64,000 nt of DNA from assembly GCA_965153285.1 (NCBI GenBank), contig OZ229116.1; one strand, written 5' to 3'. Under the pieces are notes generated by a model. That model was not told where the DNA came from, did no database searches, and saw only the letters and a program-made list of their open reading frames with translations. Within the stretch, counting starts at the first letter, position 1; the number at the start of each line of letters is the position of its first letter. Made by a program: the position numbers and the translations under genes. Source of the DNA: Podarcis tiliguerta. Its lineage: Eukaryota. Positions 1-11,690 of this stretch are shown piece by piece.

Positions 1-125
1 GCGTGGCAGCGGTGCAGCAGCAGCGGGAGGCCCTATTAGCTAAAGTGGTACCTCAGGTTAAGAACAGTTTCAGGTTAAGAACGGACCTCCGGAACGAATT
101 AAGTTCTTAACCTGAGGTACCACTG
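1..125 (-). mobile_element. Tc1/mariner (Tigger/pogo-like) MITE, partial, truncated by window edge
   Basis: Ends GAGGTACCACTG|TA; near reverse-complement of the 5' part of the element at 24079-24298. Confidence 0.8.
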
Positions 126-2326
126 TATTGTAGATCCCCAGAGTGATCTTGGGATAGTTATCTGGATCAGGACTGCAGCATGGGGAGAGGCAATCTTGCT
201 CCAATGGAAACTTCTCCCTACCACAGCAATGCAAAACTGCAGGACCACAGTAGGGAGCCAAAGGGATAAGCCCATTGACCCCACTCCAGAGAAGGCCCCC
301 TCATGTTGGCATTTCTGCAGTAAAAATCACACTCAAAAGCAAACAACCTGATTAATGCCATAGTTCAGACCTTAGCATTGCATATATTAAAGTGCAACAC
401 TAAATATAGCTGTTGTGGTCAGGTAAGAATAAAAACTGAATGGTGCTGGGTTATAAAATGTGTAGGGTCCCTTTGTACCTAACTCAGTTTCTGCCATCCA
501 TGCCCATTAACAAATGTACTGATATCAGATGGGCACCTGTCCCTGATTCTTTCTTTTTATTAAAATAGCTTCAGAGGACATTTTTTGGGGGAAAGAATGT
601 ACGTCTAGCTTATGAGGTTCATTGCTGAGTGCTCCATGTGACTCCACTTGTGAAATAAATCTATTAATGTGTTGGTGATGGTTGTTTCTTTAAATAGCAC
701 CATTTTGTATTCTGTTTCACAAAATGAATGGAAAATTAAAATTCTGAACGAAATGTGAGATACTCATTTACATTTTTTCCCTGAGAATGTGGTTCAGATT
801 ACAGGGATATTTAACATCCAGCTAGGTCACTCAGGCTGAAGTCTTAAACTCATTTAATAGGAACCGTTGAACAAAATGGAACTTATTTCCAAGTAAATAC
901 ATTTAAGATTGTGCTTAGAGGGGAGGGCTGCTAGGCTTCATAGCACTGTTTGTAGGCCAAGCCTAGGCTCATTTAGTTGTTGTTCAGTGGTGTAGCCGTC
1001 ACATAATGTCTTGTTGGGTGGTGATTCTGGGGTTAATCTTCATCATTTAGGCATTGTTTGATTCCCATTCCAACATAATCATCCAGGGGTCCTTTACCTT
1101 TACCTGCTAGACTGTATGGGAAGTATCTATGCCAGTACAATGTATTTTGAGGGGTAGGGTGAGGGGGTAGCAGGAGTGTTTTGTGTGTGGTCCAATTATC
1201 CATGTGGGATTAAAATGTCTCACCTGTATGGAATTCTCAAAAAGTGTGTATGTTTTGTTTGTCTTTCTTTCTTTTTGCTGCAGCAGTAGCCATACCACAC
1301 ACAAAAAATATTGGAATTGTGGTTTTCCACACTGCTTTCTGAAGACCTTATTTCTTTTCATTTTTTTCTTTTTAAAAACCTCAGCATATAACTGCTTTTT
1401 GGGGGGTGGGGCGCAGCTATGTTTACCAGTTTAATTGACAGGCAGGACTTAAAGTGGTCCAGCATTTTCTGGCCTTAAGGTAAAAGAATGAGAAGTTTCA
1501 CTGTTGGATTTTTGCCTGTCCCAGAACTGTGAGGAATAGGAGTTCTACAAAAATGGCTGCCTTCAAGTTGGTATAACAAATAAAGTAATTAAACATCCAT
1601 CTGCCTTTTGAATTGCGTGTTGTGGTTAAAGGTGGGGCAAGACACACTTTCTTGTCTGTCCTGTCTGTCCTGAACTTCAGAAGACTCAAATCTGTGCATA
1701 TTTACGCGTGCATATCCCCCTGCGTTCAAAGGACTTAAAATTTCGAATAGACATGGTTAGGATTGCACTTTTAAATCCTTCTGAATTCAGTGGGGCTTAA
1801 TCTCAGGTAAACGGGATTAGAACCGCAGTAGTATTATTCCTTGGCAAGCCCTCTTCTTGACCAAAGTTGCACTTAGGCTTCAACCGTAATGCGTGTCTTC
1901 GTGGAAGAGAGAGATATTTTCGCAGCAAGCAGGATGCCTCCGTGTAGCTTGCTGCACACATGCTCCCCTTCCCACCCTTTAGGACCCAGCAGGAACTTGA
2001 ATCAGTACTTGGGTTAACGGGTTTGCAGCTCCGGCGAAGGCTTGGCTCCCCGTTCCCTTGCATCGTCCTGAAGTGCGCGCGGGGCGGGCGGAGGAGCGGC
2101 TTCCGTTTCTCCTCTACCATCCCTCTCCGACTCCCGCGTCTGTCTTGGCCACGCGGGGATCGCGTGGGGGCGCCCCAATTTGGCCCTCCAGAAGCCGCCG
2201 ATCAGCGCTTCTGAGTCAAGGGCTTTCTTCTTTTGCTTGCTGCTTGCAGCAGCCGGTGCAGGGAAAGCGCCGGCGTCCTAATTAAGCTGGTGCTGCGCCT
2301 GCTTGCTTGTATCTCCGCTATCCTTG

Positions 2327-2346
2327 GTTGTTGTTGTTGTTGTTGG
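2327..2346. repeat. (TTG)n microsatellite
   Basis: Direct reading. Confidence 0.9.
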
Positions 2347-2518
2347 GCCGGGACGTCTCTTGAAAGCCTTCCCTGCTCGGGAGTTGCGAGCCTGCAAACT
2401 GTCCCCGGGCGTGGGGGGAACCCGCTTGGCTCTCGCGATAAGCCCTGCAGAGGCGTTGGTGCAGTTGCAATAGCGGCGCCGGTTTGGAGAGCGGACTAGA
2501 AAAACGAGAAGGTGACTG

Positions 2519-2553
2519 AGGCGGCGGCGGCGGCAGCAGCAGCAGCAGCAGCC
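2519..2553 (+). repeat. (GGC)n(AGC)n compound triplet repeat in putative 5' UTR
   Basis: ggcggcggcgcggc-type run followed by agc x6. Confidence 0.85.
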
Positions 2554-5500
2554 GAGACCTTGCAGGGCTGCGCGCGAGGTCAACAATGCCCTGGTGACAG
2601 AGGAGGGAGGAGAGGACTGGGCAGCTTGCAACGCAAGACGACCTTTGCCAGCAGCTCCTAGGATTCACCGTGTATGTGTGTCAAGGTGTGGAGCACAACG
2701 AACGAGCTGGAACGGTAGGTTTCTCGGGGCATGCAGGTCTTGTGTGTGTGTTTTTCTTTGGCATTACGTATCTGTGGGGAAATATTCTTGAGGAAGAGAT
2801 GGAAGGTGCAAGGACAGGAGGGACTGATCTGGGATTCTGCCACCATGGGAAGGACATGCTGCCAGGCTTTGCCGCTTTACTAGGCTCAAAATCTATTCCA
2901 TCATCCCCTGACCCTGGTAGCTTGTGCTATAAAGCTGAAAAGTTTGTAGTTTCTGGCGCTTTGTTTTCTGATGCTGAAAGTTTAATGGCTTCCTTCTGAC
3001 ATTGGAATGCATTCCTCTTCACTGTGTCAATGAGCCTTTAAAAACGCCTATGTGTTAAAACATAAGTCAGTTCTCAGAACTGAGCTCTGGACATTTTTTT
3101 TAGTAGTGGGGGCTCCTTAAAAATAAATAAATTGAAGCTTAAGTAGAGGATGCAAGTAAAATTATAGTTTGTGGTATTACTTCACTGACAGCATTGCTTT
3201 TATAGTTTCATAGAAGTTGGTATTGTTGTATTTCAGTCTTTGCAAACTCCAAAGAGATGTTCAATATTGACATTGAGGCGTTTTCAGCCATATCACTATA
3301 GTAGCACATAGATACAGGTAAGCTTCCTGTCAGGTGTGTGTTCTGTAGAACAAAGGATATGCTTTGGCTTTAAAATGCAGTACATACAGATCTTAATCTT
3401 AATTTGAAGGTATGAAATGAGGACACTGAAACTAAAACTGACTAATTTACTTGAAGTCTGAGACGTGAGTGAAATTCAGTAGTAACCTAACAAACTGCTA
3501 TGCCCTTGGAAGTTAAGCCCTAATGGTTTTCAGGGTTCTTACAAATAAATGTATTTGAAATTGAAGTTAAATTTTTCATAACTTAATTCTGTTTATTCCT
3601 TTGTGGGAAGCATCTTACTTCTTAAAAGAGTGATGCTTGGCTGGTTTTATTATTTGCTGCAGTGCTTCTTAATCCACACTTTACTGGAAACTATCGCGCC
3701 ATCTGCAATGTACGTTTAAATTACTGTAGCATTGTACCACTTTAGACAGTCATGGCATCCCCCAAATAATTCTGGGGGGCTACCTACTGAAGCATTTTTG
3801 TTTGAAGGTTGGTCTAGTGGTGGTTGTGTTCATGATAGTTAAATAGAACCTCCGGGTTCTGAGACAGTCTACCTTTTTGTATCTCTCGGTGTTTGGTAAA
3901 CAGCAGGTGAGGGATGTCACCTTTAGGCTAGGGGCAGGTTGCAAAATCAGGCTGTGGGAAAAAGCTTGCTTGATTAAATGGACCTTTATGTCTCTTCTTA
4001 TGTTGTAGGGGACTGCTGTCTTACACCCACTTTTACTCATGCTGAGTTTCCTACATGGGTATCGCTTCAGTGTAGGAAATTATGACATACACAGCATGGG
4101 TGAATGGGGGTGAAAAGCGGTGCTGATGTGCAGTGGACCCTGTGGGAACTATGGGTATTTGGCCCGCCATTCACTGGGTACTGCTAGATCTGAGTGGCAG
4201 CTTACCTAAACCCATTAACCCCTTCTCATCCACTGTAACCAAGCTTAAGAAGGTGTAGCTATATTTGTTCCCATTCATGCCTTGCTACCATCCCAACTAC
4301 AATTTTTAATTGTAAGGTCCTTGTGGACAGAGACAACTCATTCTCGCTTTCCGTTTTCTCCCCTCTTTCTCATATTTTATTTCTTTTTCTTATGCAACAC
4401 TGGAAAACACAGGGTAGCAAAGTTCTATGCAAAGATGAACTTGCTCCAAACTTTAAACATTACAACAATGCCGCCTACGATTATGTTAGCCCATCCCTCA
4501 TTCTTCTAGAACGAAAGGCTGTTATTTATTGGCTACTTGAAGGTCCCATAAGAGACTTCAAGCACTTATAAAGGGAAATCTCAAGTGCAACTGCAAATAT
4601 CTAGCTTGCCTCATCTGAACTGCAGACCATTAAAAAAAATATTTTGAAGGAAAACAGGGTGATGGATTAATCCCTAGAATGTTGATCTTTCCCAATTTAT
4701 TGTGGCCCTTAGGGGATTTATTTCCAGCTCCAAATAGTATGAGTATTGTGTGTTGTGCAGATGTCTCTTCATGACACTTGGCACACTCCCTGGAAAGATG
4801 TGGAAGTGTATAAGCCTTGCTTATGTGTTACAGGGCTGGCCCTACTCCAAATGGCACCCAGGGCGAGGAATATTTCAGTTCCCACCCATTTGCTGGGTTT
4901 TTGAAACCCTTTTTGTGCATTGTGTTTGCAGCCCTTTTCATGGTTGTGATGCACAAGTTGGATACTGTGTATGATTTGTTCTTGTTCGACAAGATGGTGC
5001 ATTTGTGCATATGGATCCTATCGCAATCATGCCCACACTGTTCACTGAATGAGACTGTTGAAAGGCTTCCTACAAATAAAAAGCATCTGTTAGTACAGCC
5101 CTGGCCATGCAGCTCAATGTCCCCAGCTTTGCAAGTGAATATGTAGTTTTCAGCTGTTGAGTGGATCATTCAGTGAATAGCCTGGAGCCCAGGTGATTGT
5201 GTGCTCTGGCTGGCAGCAGCTCTCCAGTCTTTCAAGTTAATGTGTTTTCTAATCCTGCTACTTGAGATCTTTTAACTGGATCTTTAAAAAGACCTGCTGC
5301 CAAGAGCATACTCACAATCGTTACATCCAAATTCATGAGATCCAGAATGTTGCTGTTCCTGCCTCCTTCAGTCCAGATGGCGATAAGATAAAGTGCAGAA
5401 TGCAAATTATAATGTAAGGCAGTGGAATTTGCTCCAGTTTGTTACTATTTGACATAGAAATTTGCACCAAGATTTTGTAACTCTTCCAGGGTACATGGTA

Positions 5501-6454
5501 ATTCTTAATTAAATCTTGTTCTGAATTTTATTATATATACGGTATATCCCCCCCCCCCCCGGGTCAGTTCTTTTCCCTTACCATTTTTGACCAAAGTGTG
5601 CACTACAAACAGGAAAAACATACCTTTTCTGTGGACCCTAGCATATGACCATGTGGGAAAATAAGTGATATTTGGGGATCTAAAGCACCACTTTTTTCAT
5701 CACCAAATTAATCAGTTAATAGGTTTATGTCGATACTTGAAACAACTTGGTGATAGATCAAGGCCCTCTGTTTAAAGTTGGCAAAAAATATTCAATTGCA
5801 GGGTAGTATTTCTCTCCTTACAGAAGGCCCTTCGCTCCAGAGGAGGCTTCCATTAACACCAGACAGAGGGGGAGATGTACTTTCCCCCTTTCTCTCTGCG
5901 ATGACTTCACTTTCCTTCTACACCCCTCCAAAATATGTTCCAGAGAATTAGGGAACCTCTTTGGAACAGCCATAGGAGGTGGTACTGGGAGCTGTCATTT
6001 GGTACAACCCATATTTTATGTGCACCAGTACCAATTGGTACTGGTGGTTCAGGTTACTTCAGCATAAACAATAATACTTTTAGCTGCCCTTAAAGACACA
6101 ATGTTAAATAGAAAACTATAATTTTAAGGGTTAATTCACTTAAATGACTCTGGTAATGACTATGAGCAGTCTTTCCGTCATGGAAGTTTATTTGGGTGGA
6201 GGACAATATTAAACTGCGCATTGCCTCCCCAGTTTCAGCCTCTTGTTCAAAGCTGTAGCTGCTTCTTTAACTTCTCATACTAAGTTTCATCAGTATTGCA
6301 CATATATCTCTAGTTCACTGCTGTAGATATGAAACATGTGAAGTACCGTATACAGAAATATAGGGCTTCAAATAAATCAGACTTGGCCTGTATGATGGGC
6401 ACAATCCTGCCATTCTGCTCGTACAGTTGTTCTTACAATATATTAGGGACAGAA

Positions 6455-6777
6455 AGAGGGATATGGAGGGTGGCAACATGGAAACGGGCCTTTTCTGAGG
6501 TGACACCTCATTTGTGGAATGGTCTCCTCAATGATGCTTGCCTGGTGCTTTCATTACATATATTAAGGCACCAGATGAAAGCTTTTCTCTTTAACCAGGC
6601 GTTTTGCTGATTAACATTCTGTGACCTTTTAAATGTGTCTGTGGAAGAGGGTGTTATTGGTTTATTTTGCTTCGGTTTTACTATGTATTTTGTGTTTTGA
6701 TTTTGTATTTTTATGTTGTGAACTGCCCTGTGATCTTCAGATGAAGGGTGGTATACACATTAAATAAATAAATAAAT
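6455..6777 (+). mobile_element. L2-clade LINE 3' fragment
   Basis: Translates RAFSEVTPHLWNGL...FLFNQAF (L2 ORF2 C-terminal RAFSxxxPxLWN motif), followed by 3' UTR and (TAAA)n tail. Confidence 0.75.
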
Positions 6778-7813
6778 GTACCTACCGTCAATTTTCCTTT
6801 AATTCCACAATAGACTTCATACGGTGAGCCTGTCTTGTAGAACGCTCAAGGAAAACACTGCTGCAAAGAATGGCCTGATTTATGAACGTTCTAATTTGAA
6901 TCTGCAGGGCCTTCTCTGTAGTGGCCCTCTGTTTATGGAACTCCCTCCTCTTGGAGGTGCATAGAGTGCCTTTGTTAGTGGAGTTTCACTGTTGTCTTTA
7001 ACACCCATCTTTTCACCTAGGCCTTGGGGTAAATTAGGTTGGTGGGTGACACCAGCTATCGTTGACATACCATGCTGCTGCAGAAAAACAGTGCTTTTAT
7101 GGTAATTGGTTTTGTCACTGTTGTAAAATTTAATTTTGTTTAATGTGAATAATGCAAACCTCCCTGGAATCCTGATGAAAGGCAGTATAGAAATATAGCA
7201 TTATAAATAAATCATTGTAAAGGAATTTGAAACAGAGCCGCCACTATAGACCACAATGTATTAGAAGACTGATAATGCCAGAAGGCTTTCTGAGGGATCC
7301 TAGGCCAATCATTTTTTGGTTTAAAATTCAGTACCAATATGTTAAATAAAACCGGGAAAGAAACTGCCTGTCAGTGGAACTCAGTAATAATGACATAATA
7401 CACTTAGAGTTGCCAATAGCTAAGGAGCTGCATTCAGGACTAACTGAACTTCATAGAATCATAGGCTTAGAAGAGCCTGTTGTGTTACCCCCAAGCTCAT
7501 ACTAGCAGTTCCATGAATTATACAAAAGTTGCATTAACTGATTAATAGGAAACTTGCTTTGCCTTTCATAGCGCCTTCAGTTTTAGTTGCCAATTTTTGC
7601 TTAGACAAATTCTTTTTGTAAGCTTTCCTATTCTGCGACACATTAAAATGGTGAGACAAAACTTCATGGCGAAGTTCCCTGGTCATCTTAATCCACTTCT
7701 CTGAGCTTGTTGACATGGTTTAGTTAGCAAACTGGAGCCTATTCTTGAAATAGCCTTGAGTTTCACGTTCTTGGGAGAGATGAGATTTTATTCATACATG
7801 TTTCTACTTATAG

Positions 7814-7976
7814 GTGAGGAATCTGAAACTGGAGCATGAGCAAGAGAAAAACAAGATCTTATCTGAAGCTTTAGAAACACTAGCTACTGAACACCATGAA
7901 TTAGAGCAGTCACTGGTCAAAGGGTCACCACCTCTGAGCATCTTTAGTGAGGAACAGTTCTATGATGCTGTTTCAG
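7814..7976 (+). CDS. OSBPL1A: OSBPL1A exon (coiled coil plus FFAT-like motif)
   Basis: tag|GTG...TCAG|gtaag; VRNLKLEHEQEKNKILSEALETLATEHHELEQSLVKGSPPLSIFSEEQFYDAVS; phase 0 to 1. Confidence 0.95.
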
Positions 7977-10900
7977 GTAAGTGTGTGACATAGAAAACTA
8001 AAACGTTAGGGGTTTTTTTTCCTTTAAAAGACCAGGGTCAAGGGTGTGTGTGTATTTGTGTGTTTATGTATAAACATATGCATATATACACACACCTTGA
8101 CTTCTCAGAGTAATGAACAGAAGAAAAGGCCTATCCTGTCACAAGTAGTTTGCAGTATAAATTTTGACTCTGGCTAGGAAGAATATGTTGAAAGGGGCAA
8201 AAGTAGCTAGATTTGGGTGCGAACAGCTGTAACTGGATTTGGAGTAATGAATTGTTTACTCTATAAGTAGTAGGTATGTAAATCTTGGTTTATATACAAT
8301 AGAGCTCAATTTTTATAAGAGCCACGGTCACTCCTAGCCTGGCTGCTTTTTGCCATCTGTCTCTTGCCTTTTCCATCTACAGACAAGGACAAGCTAATGA
8401 AAAATGAATTTAGATCATGATTCAAAAACAAAAATGTGGTTGGTGCAGGCTCAGGAGAAGTAACACTTTAAAAACCCATGTTCAGTGTCTAAAAACAGAT
8501 TAAAATATAATACACACAATTTCTAGCTTGCCCGACCAAAATGCATTAGATTAAATTGAATTGTACTGTTGTGAGGAGAAATGCGCTGTAATAAACTAGG
8601 TGTTCAAATAGGTTTCTGCTACTGAAACCATTCAGCTGGCTAGGATTTCAGGGTCATCTTAGAATGGACAAGTAGTTGTCTTGACCATGTATAATGTGTC
8701 CTCTGCAGAAAATAAGAACCAGACCTCTTTGTTTGATTCCTATTTTTGGATAATGACTGAAGGAAAAAGCCTGTTCTCTGAGAATGAGGGGTGCAATGTG
8801 GGTTGGAATCTGCATGCTGATCAATTGAGTGGGAGGCATAAATGAAACTGAACGCAGTTTCCCTTTTGTAAACTTTATTAAGCTACCAAAGCATTTGAGA
8901 GAGGTTTTGCCACCAGCAAAACCCCTCACCAAGGTCAAGAAATGCTGGAGAGAATGCGTGGTTTGGCTAGCTTGCTTAAGAACCTTCTATGTGTTACTTC
9001 TCTACAGGCAGTGAGAAAATGTCGTTAAGCAAGAGGCTATGGTCTGCCTAGTAGCCATTTGTCTTGTTGATGATTGTTTCTCAGCATTAAATTGTCTTGT
9101 GAAAATTATTTATCAAAGGCCTTTCACGGAACCTGAAAGACAACACAGCTGCTCCTAATGTGTGCATGCATACCATAAGTGTCTTCTGATATGTAGAAAT
9201 ATAACACAGACAAATTTAGTGACTGTGCCAGAAGGTAAAATCTATCAGAACTTAAGGAAACCATTCTGGTGGAAGAACAGGGTTGTCTGGGATATAGGTT
9301 ATTATTGTTATTTATACCTTGCTCATCTGGCTGGGTTGTGAGGGGGTTGGACTCCATCTGAGTGCTGCTGTTTCAAGGGAATGTAATTTCTCATTTGTTT
9401 GTGAAGTTTGATAACATGATCAAATTTTAATACTGCACCAAGTCGTCGGTTACTGAAATGCAATTATTCTGGAATATTACAGTTGCTTGATCCAAATAAA
9501 ATAACTGGGTGGGAATAAGGACAGTTCCTTTGTATGAAAGGGATTGAAAATTCACAAGAAAACAATCATCTTGGGCAGATAAAGCAAAAATAAAAAATAA
9601 GCTTGGCTCTAAGAGAGAGGAGAAATGTAGGCTATTTGTTTTCACTTGAAACTGTGTATTATGGGCCTTGTAAGCTGCAATTTTAATTAATTGCTGTAAG
9701 ACTTTACAATTGGCAGGTCACCTGGAACCATACAAATCCCTTGTTTTACGGACTTACCTAAATTAATACATTTGTCTTGTTATGCTGTCCTTCTGTAAGT
9801 GGATAGGAAGAGTCTGTTTACAATCTTATATCCACGATAGCAAACTCTTTTGAAAAGTAAAGCTCCCTGTCAACTTGGGATGTCTGTCAGGAGATCAGGA
9901 ATTATGCAACCCTAAGGTCTCTTGTATTACCTGAATAGTTTCCTGTGCACCATAATTAACCTGTAAAGCTTCACTTGTGCCTTATAGAACAGCTTGCTCA
10001 GCAGCTAGTTGCCTTAAAAAAAAGAAGACTGCATGTTTAGTATAATAGGACTTACCTAGTAGACAGCTAGCTAGCTAATATCTGCACCACAGAAGTATTA
10101 AAATGTAGTAAGAGAACTCTCCTGTACATTTTGGTATCTAACACTAGGAATAACTGACTGTAAAGGGAAGGTTATGAGCCTGTTTCATGATCTGAAGAAT
10201 CTGCTTCCATCCTGTCTTCCATGTCTCCAAGTGTCTTGGACTGTTAATATCCATACATAAAAAACAGCCAATATATTCCAGCTCTTGAAATTTTGCATTG
10301 CCATCTATGCAAACATAGTGTTTGCTTTGATCAGATTTGTTTATAGCACAAACTGTAAACATTTATGCAAAAGGTCTGTGTGCTGTCCTCAGTTCCTTTT
10401 CTGTGTTTGTAGCTGGGATAGAAAGTAAGTGACTAAACTGGGTTTTGCCAGACACTGGAAGAAAAAACACACCCTCAGTCTCTGGGGAAAATATGAAGCC
10501 TAGGATTGTTGGTGGTGGGTTCCAAGCTCTTTAGATACCACCTCCTCCCTATGGCTGGTAAAAGTACAAATAAGTGTGTTTAAAATAGCAAATGCAAATC
10601 TGAATTGGGGGGGGGGCGTACACACACACACACACACACACACAGTTGGTGAGATTTTGTACTCCACATTTAAAAATAGAGTTCCACTGGCCCTGAATAG
10701 CATTGCCTAGTTGGCTTTGCTACCCATTTGGGTGAAGGAAGGTCATGGAACTTGTAGTAATGTGTAGATGCAGCTGATAACGGAAATCCTGGGCATCTGC
10801 CAGATGGGTATGATTCAGAGAAATGCCGGTCCTTGTTGAGTGTATTTCAAAGGATTGTTATGTGTGTAACCAATACGAATGCACGTTGTGCTCATTTACC

Positions 10901-11533
10901 ATGTTTAGCATAGTTGGTAAGAAAAAATGTTTTCCTTTCCTCGTTGGGTTGGACTTGCTGGTGAGTATATTTGCTTTAATGTGTCCAGCTGTGTTTCACT
11001 ATGTTTTTATCCTTTATTGTTGGGGCATATTAGTTTGAAAAATCTTGATGCACATTAAAAAAAAAAATTAACTCAGGTGTTAACCTGGTGTTAAATTTAA
11101 TTAGTAGCACAGGAATTAAACGACACACCTAGAGGAAAAGGCTGGATTCTCATACTAAAACTATGAAACAAAGAGTTGTGTAGGAACTCGTATCTTAATT
11201 GTGATTCCAATAAGTATGGTTAAAGGATAGGCTAATATCACGCCTGTAGCGGGCCTAAGTTTAGGAGTTGGTAAGATGTTTTGCTGGTACCCTGTACTTG
11301 TCTGTCCCTGCTCACATTCCCATCTTTGTATAATCCTTGGCGCTGAACAATTTGCTCACCCATGTTCTTTCAGAGACTCAGTCTCTACTTGTACTAAGTT
11401 TTCACTGGACAAATGCTGTCATCAGTACACCATAGGCTACTTAAGTTTCATTACGCTGTGCAAAGGAGGTGTCCATTAGCCTGCGAAAGGCTAGCCTGAA
11501 GTGTGTCTCATTTGGCGTTCATCTGTCTTACAG

Positions 11534-11690
11534 ATTCAGAATCCGAAAAATCATTGAGTGGATTTGAAACTGTGACAACTTACTCATTAGAAGACAGCGT
11601 GGATTCTAGTGACACTATAACATCTGACATGTCTGGAGAAAAGACCTGTAAAACTGGAGAGACTCTGTCAAATGGCATCAAAAAACACAG
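11534..11690 (+). CDS. OSBPL1A: OSBPL1A exon containing ORP1S-type start Met (ATG 11629)
   Basis: cag|AT...CACAG|gtagg; (D)SESEKSLSG...MSGEKTCKTGETLSNGIKKH(R); phase 1 to 2. Confidence 0.93.

Larger units (their letters stand above)
2030..2730 (+). promoter_or_regulatory. OSBPL1A: Intronic CpG island; probable alternative promoter and first exon of short OSBPL1A isoform (ORP1S)
   Basis: Dense CpG/GC-rich block in an AT-rich intron, GGGCGG boxes near 2082-2091, donor ACG|GTAGGT at 2714/2715, upstream of the exon carrying the ORP1S-type Met (11629). Confidence 0.7.

Noticed and set aside
1803-2999. Many overlapping ORFs with poly-Cys/Arg/Leu/Pro
   Set aside because: Expected from stop-poor GC-rich island and triplet repeats; no recognisable protein
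11065-11100. Imperfect AT-rich inverted repeat
   Set aside because: Short, mismatched and low complexity; plausible by chance
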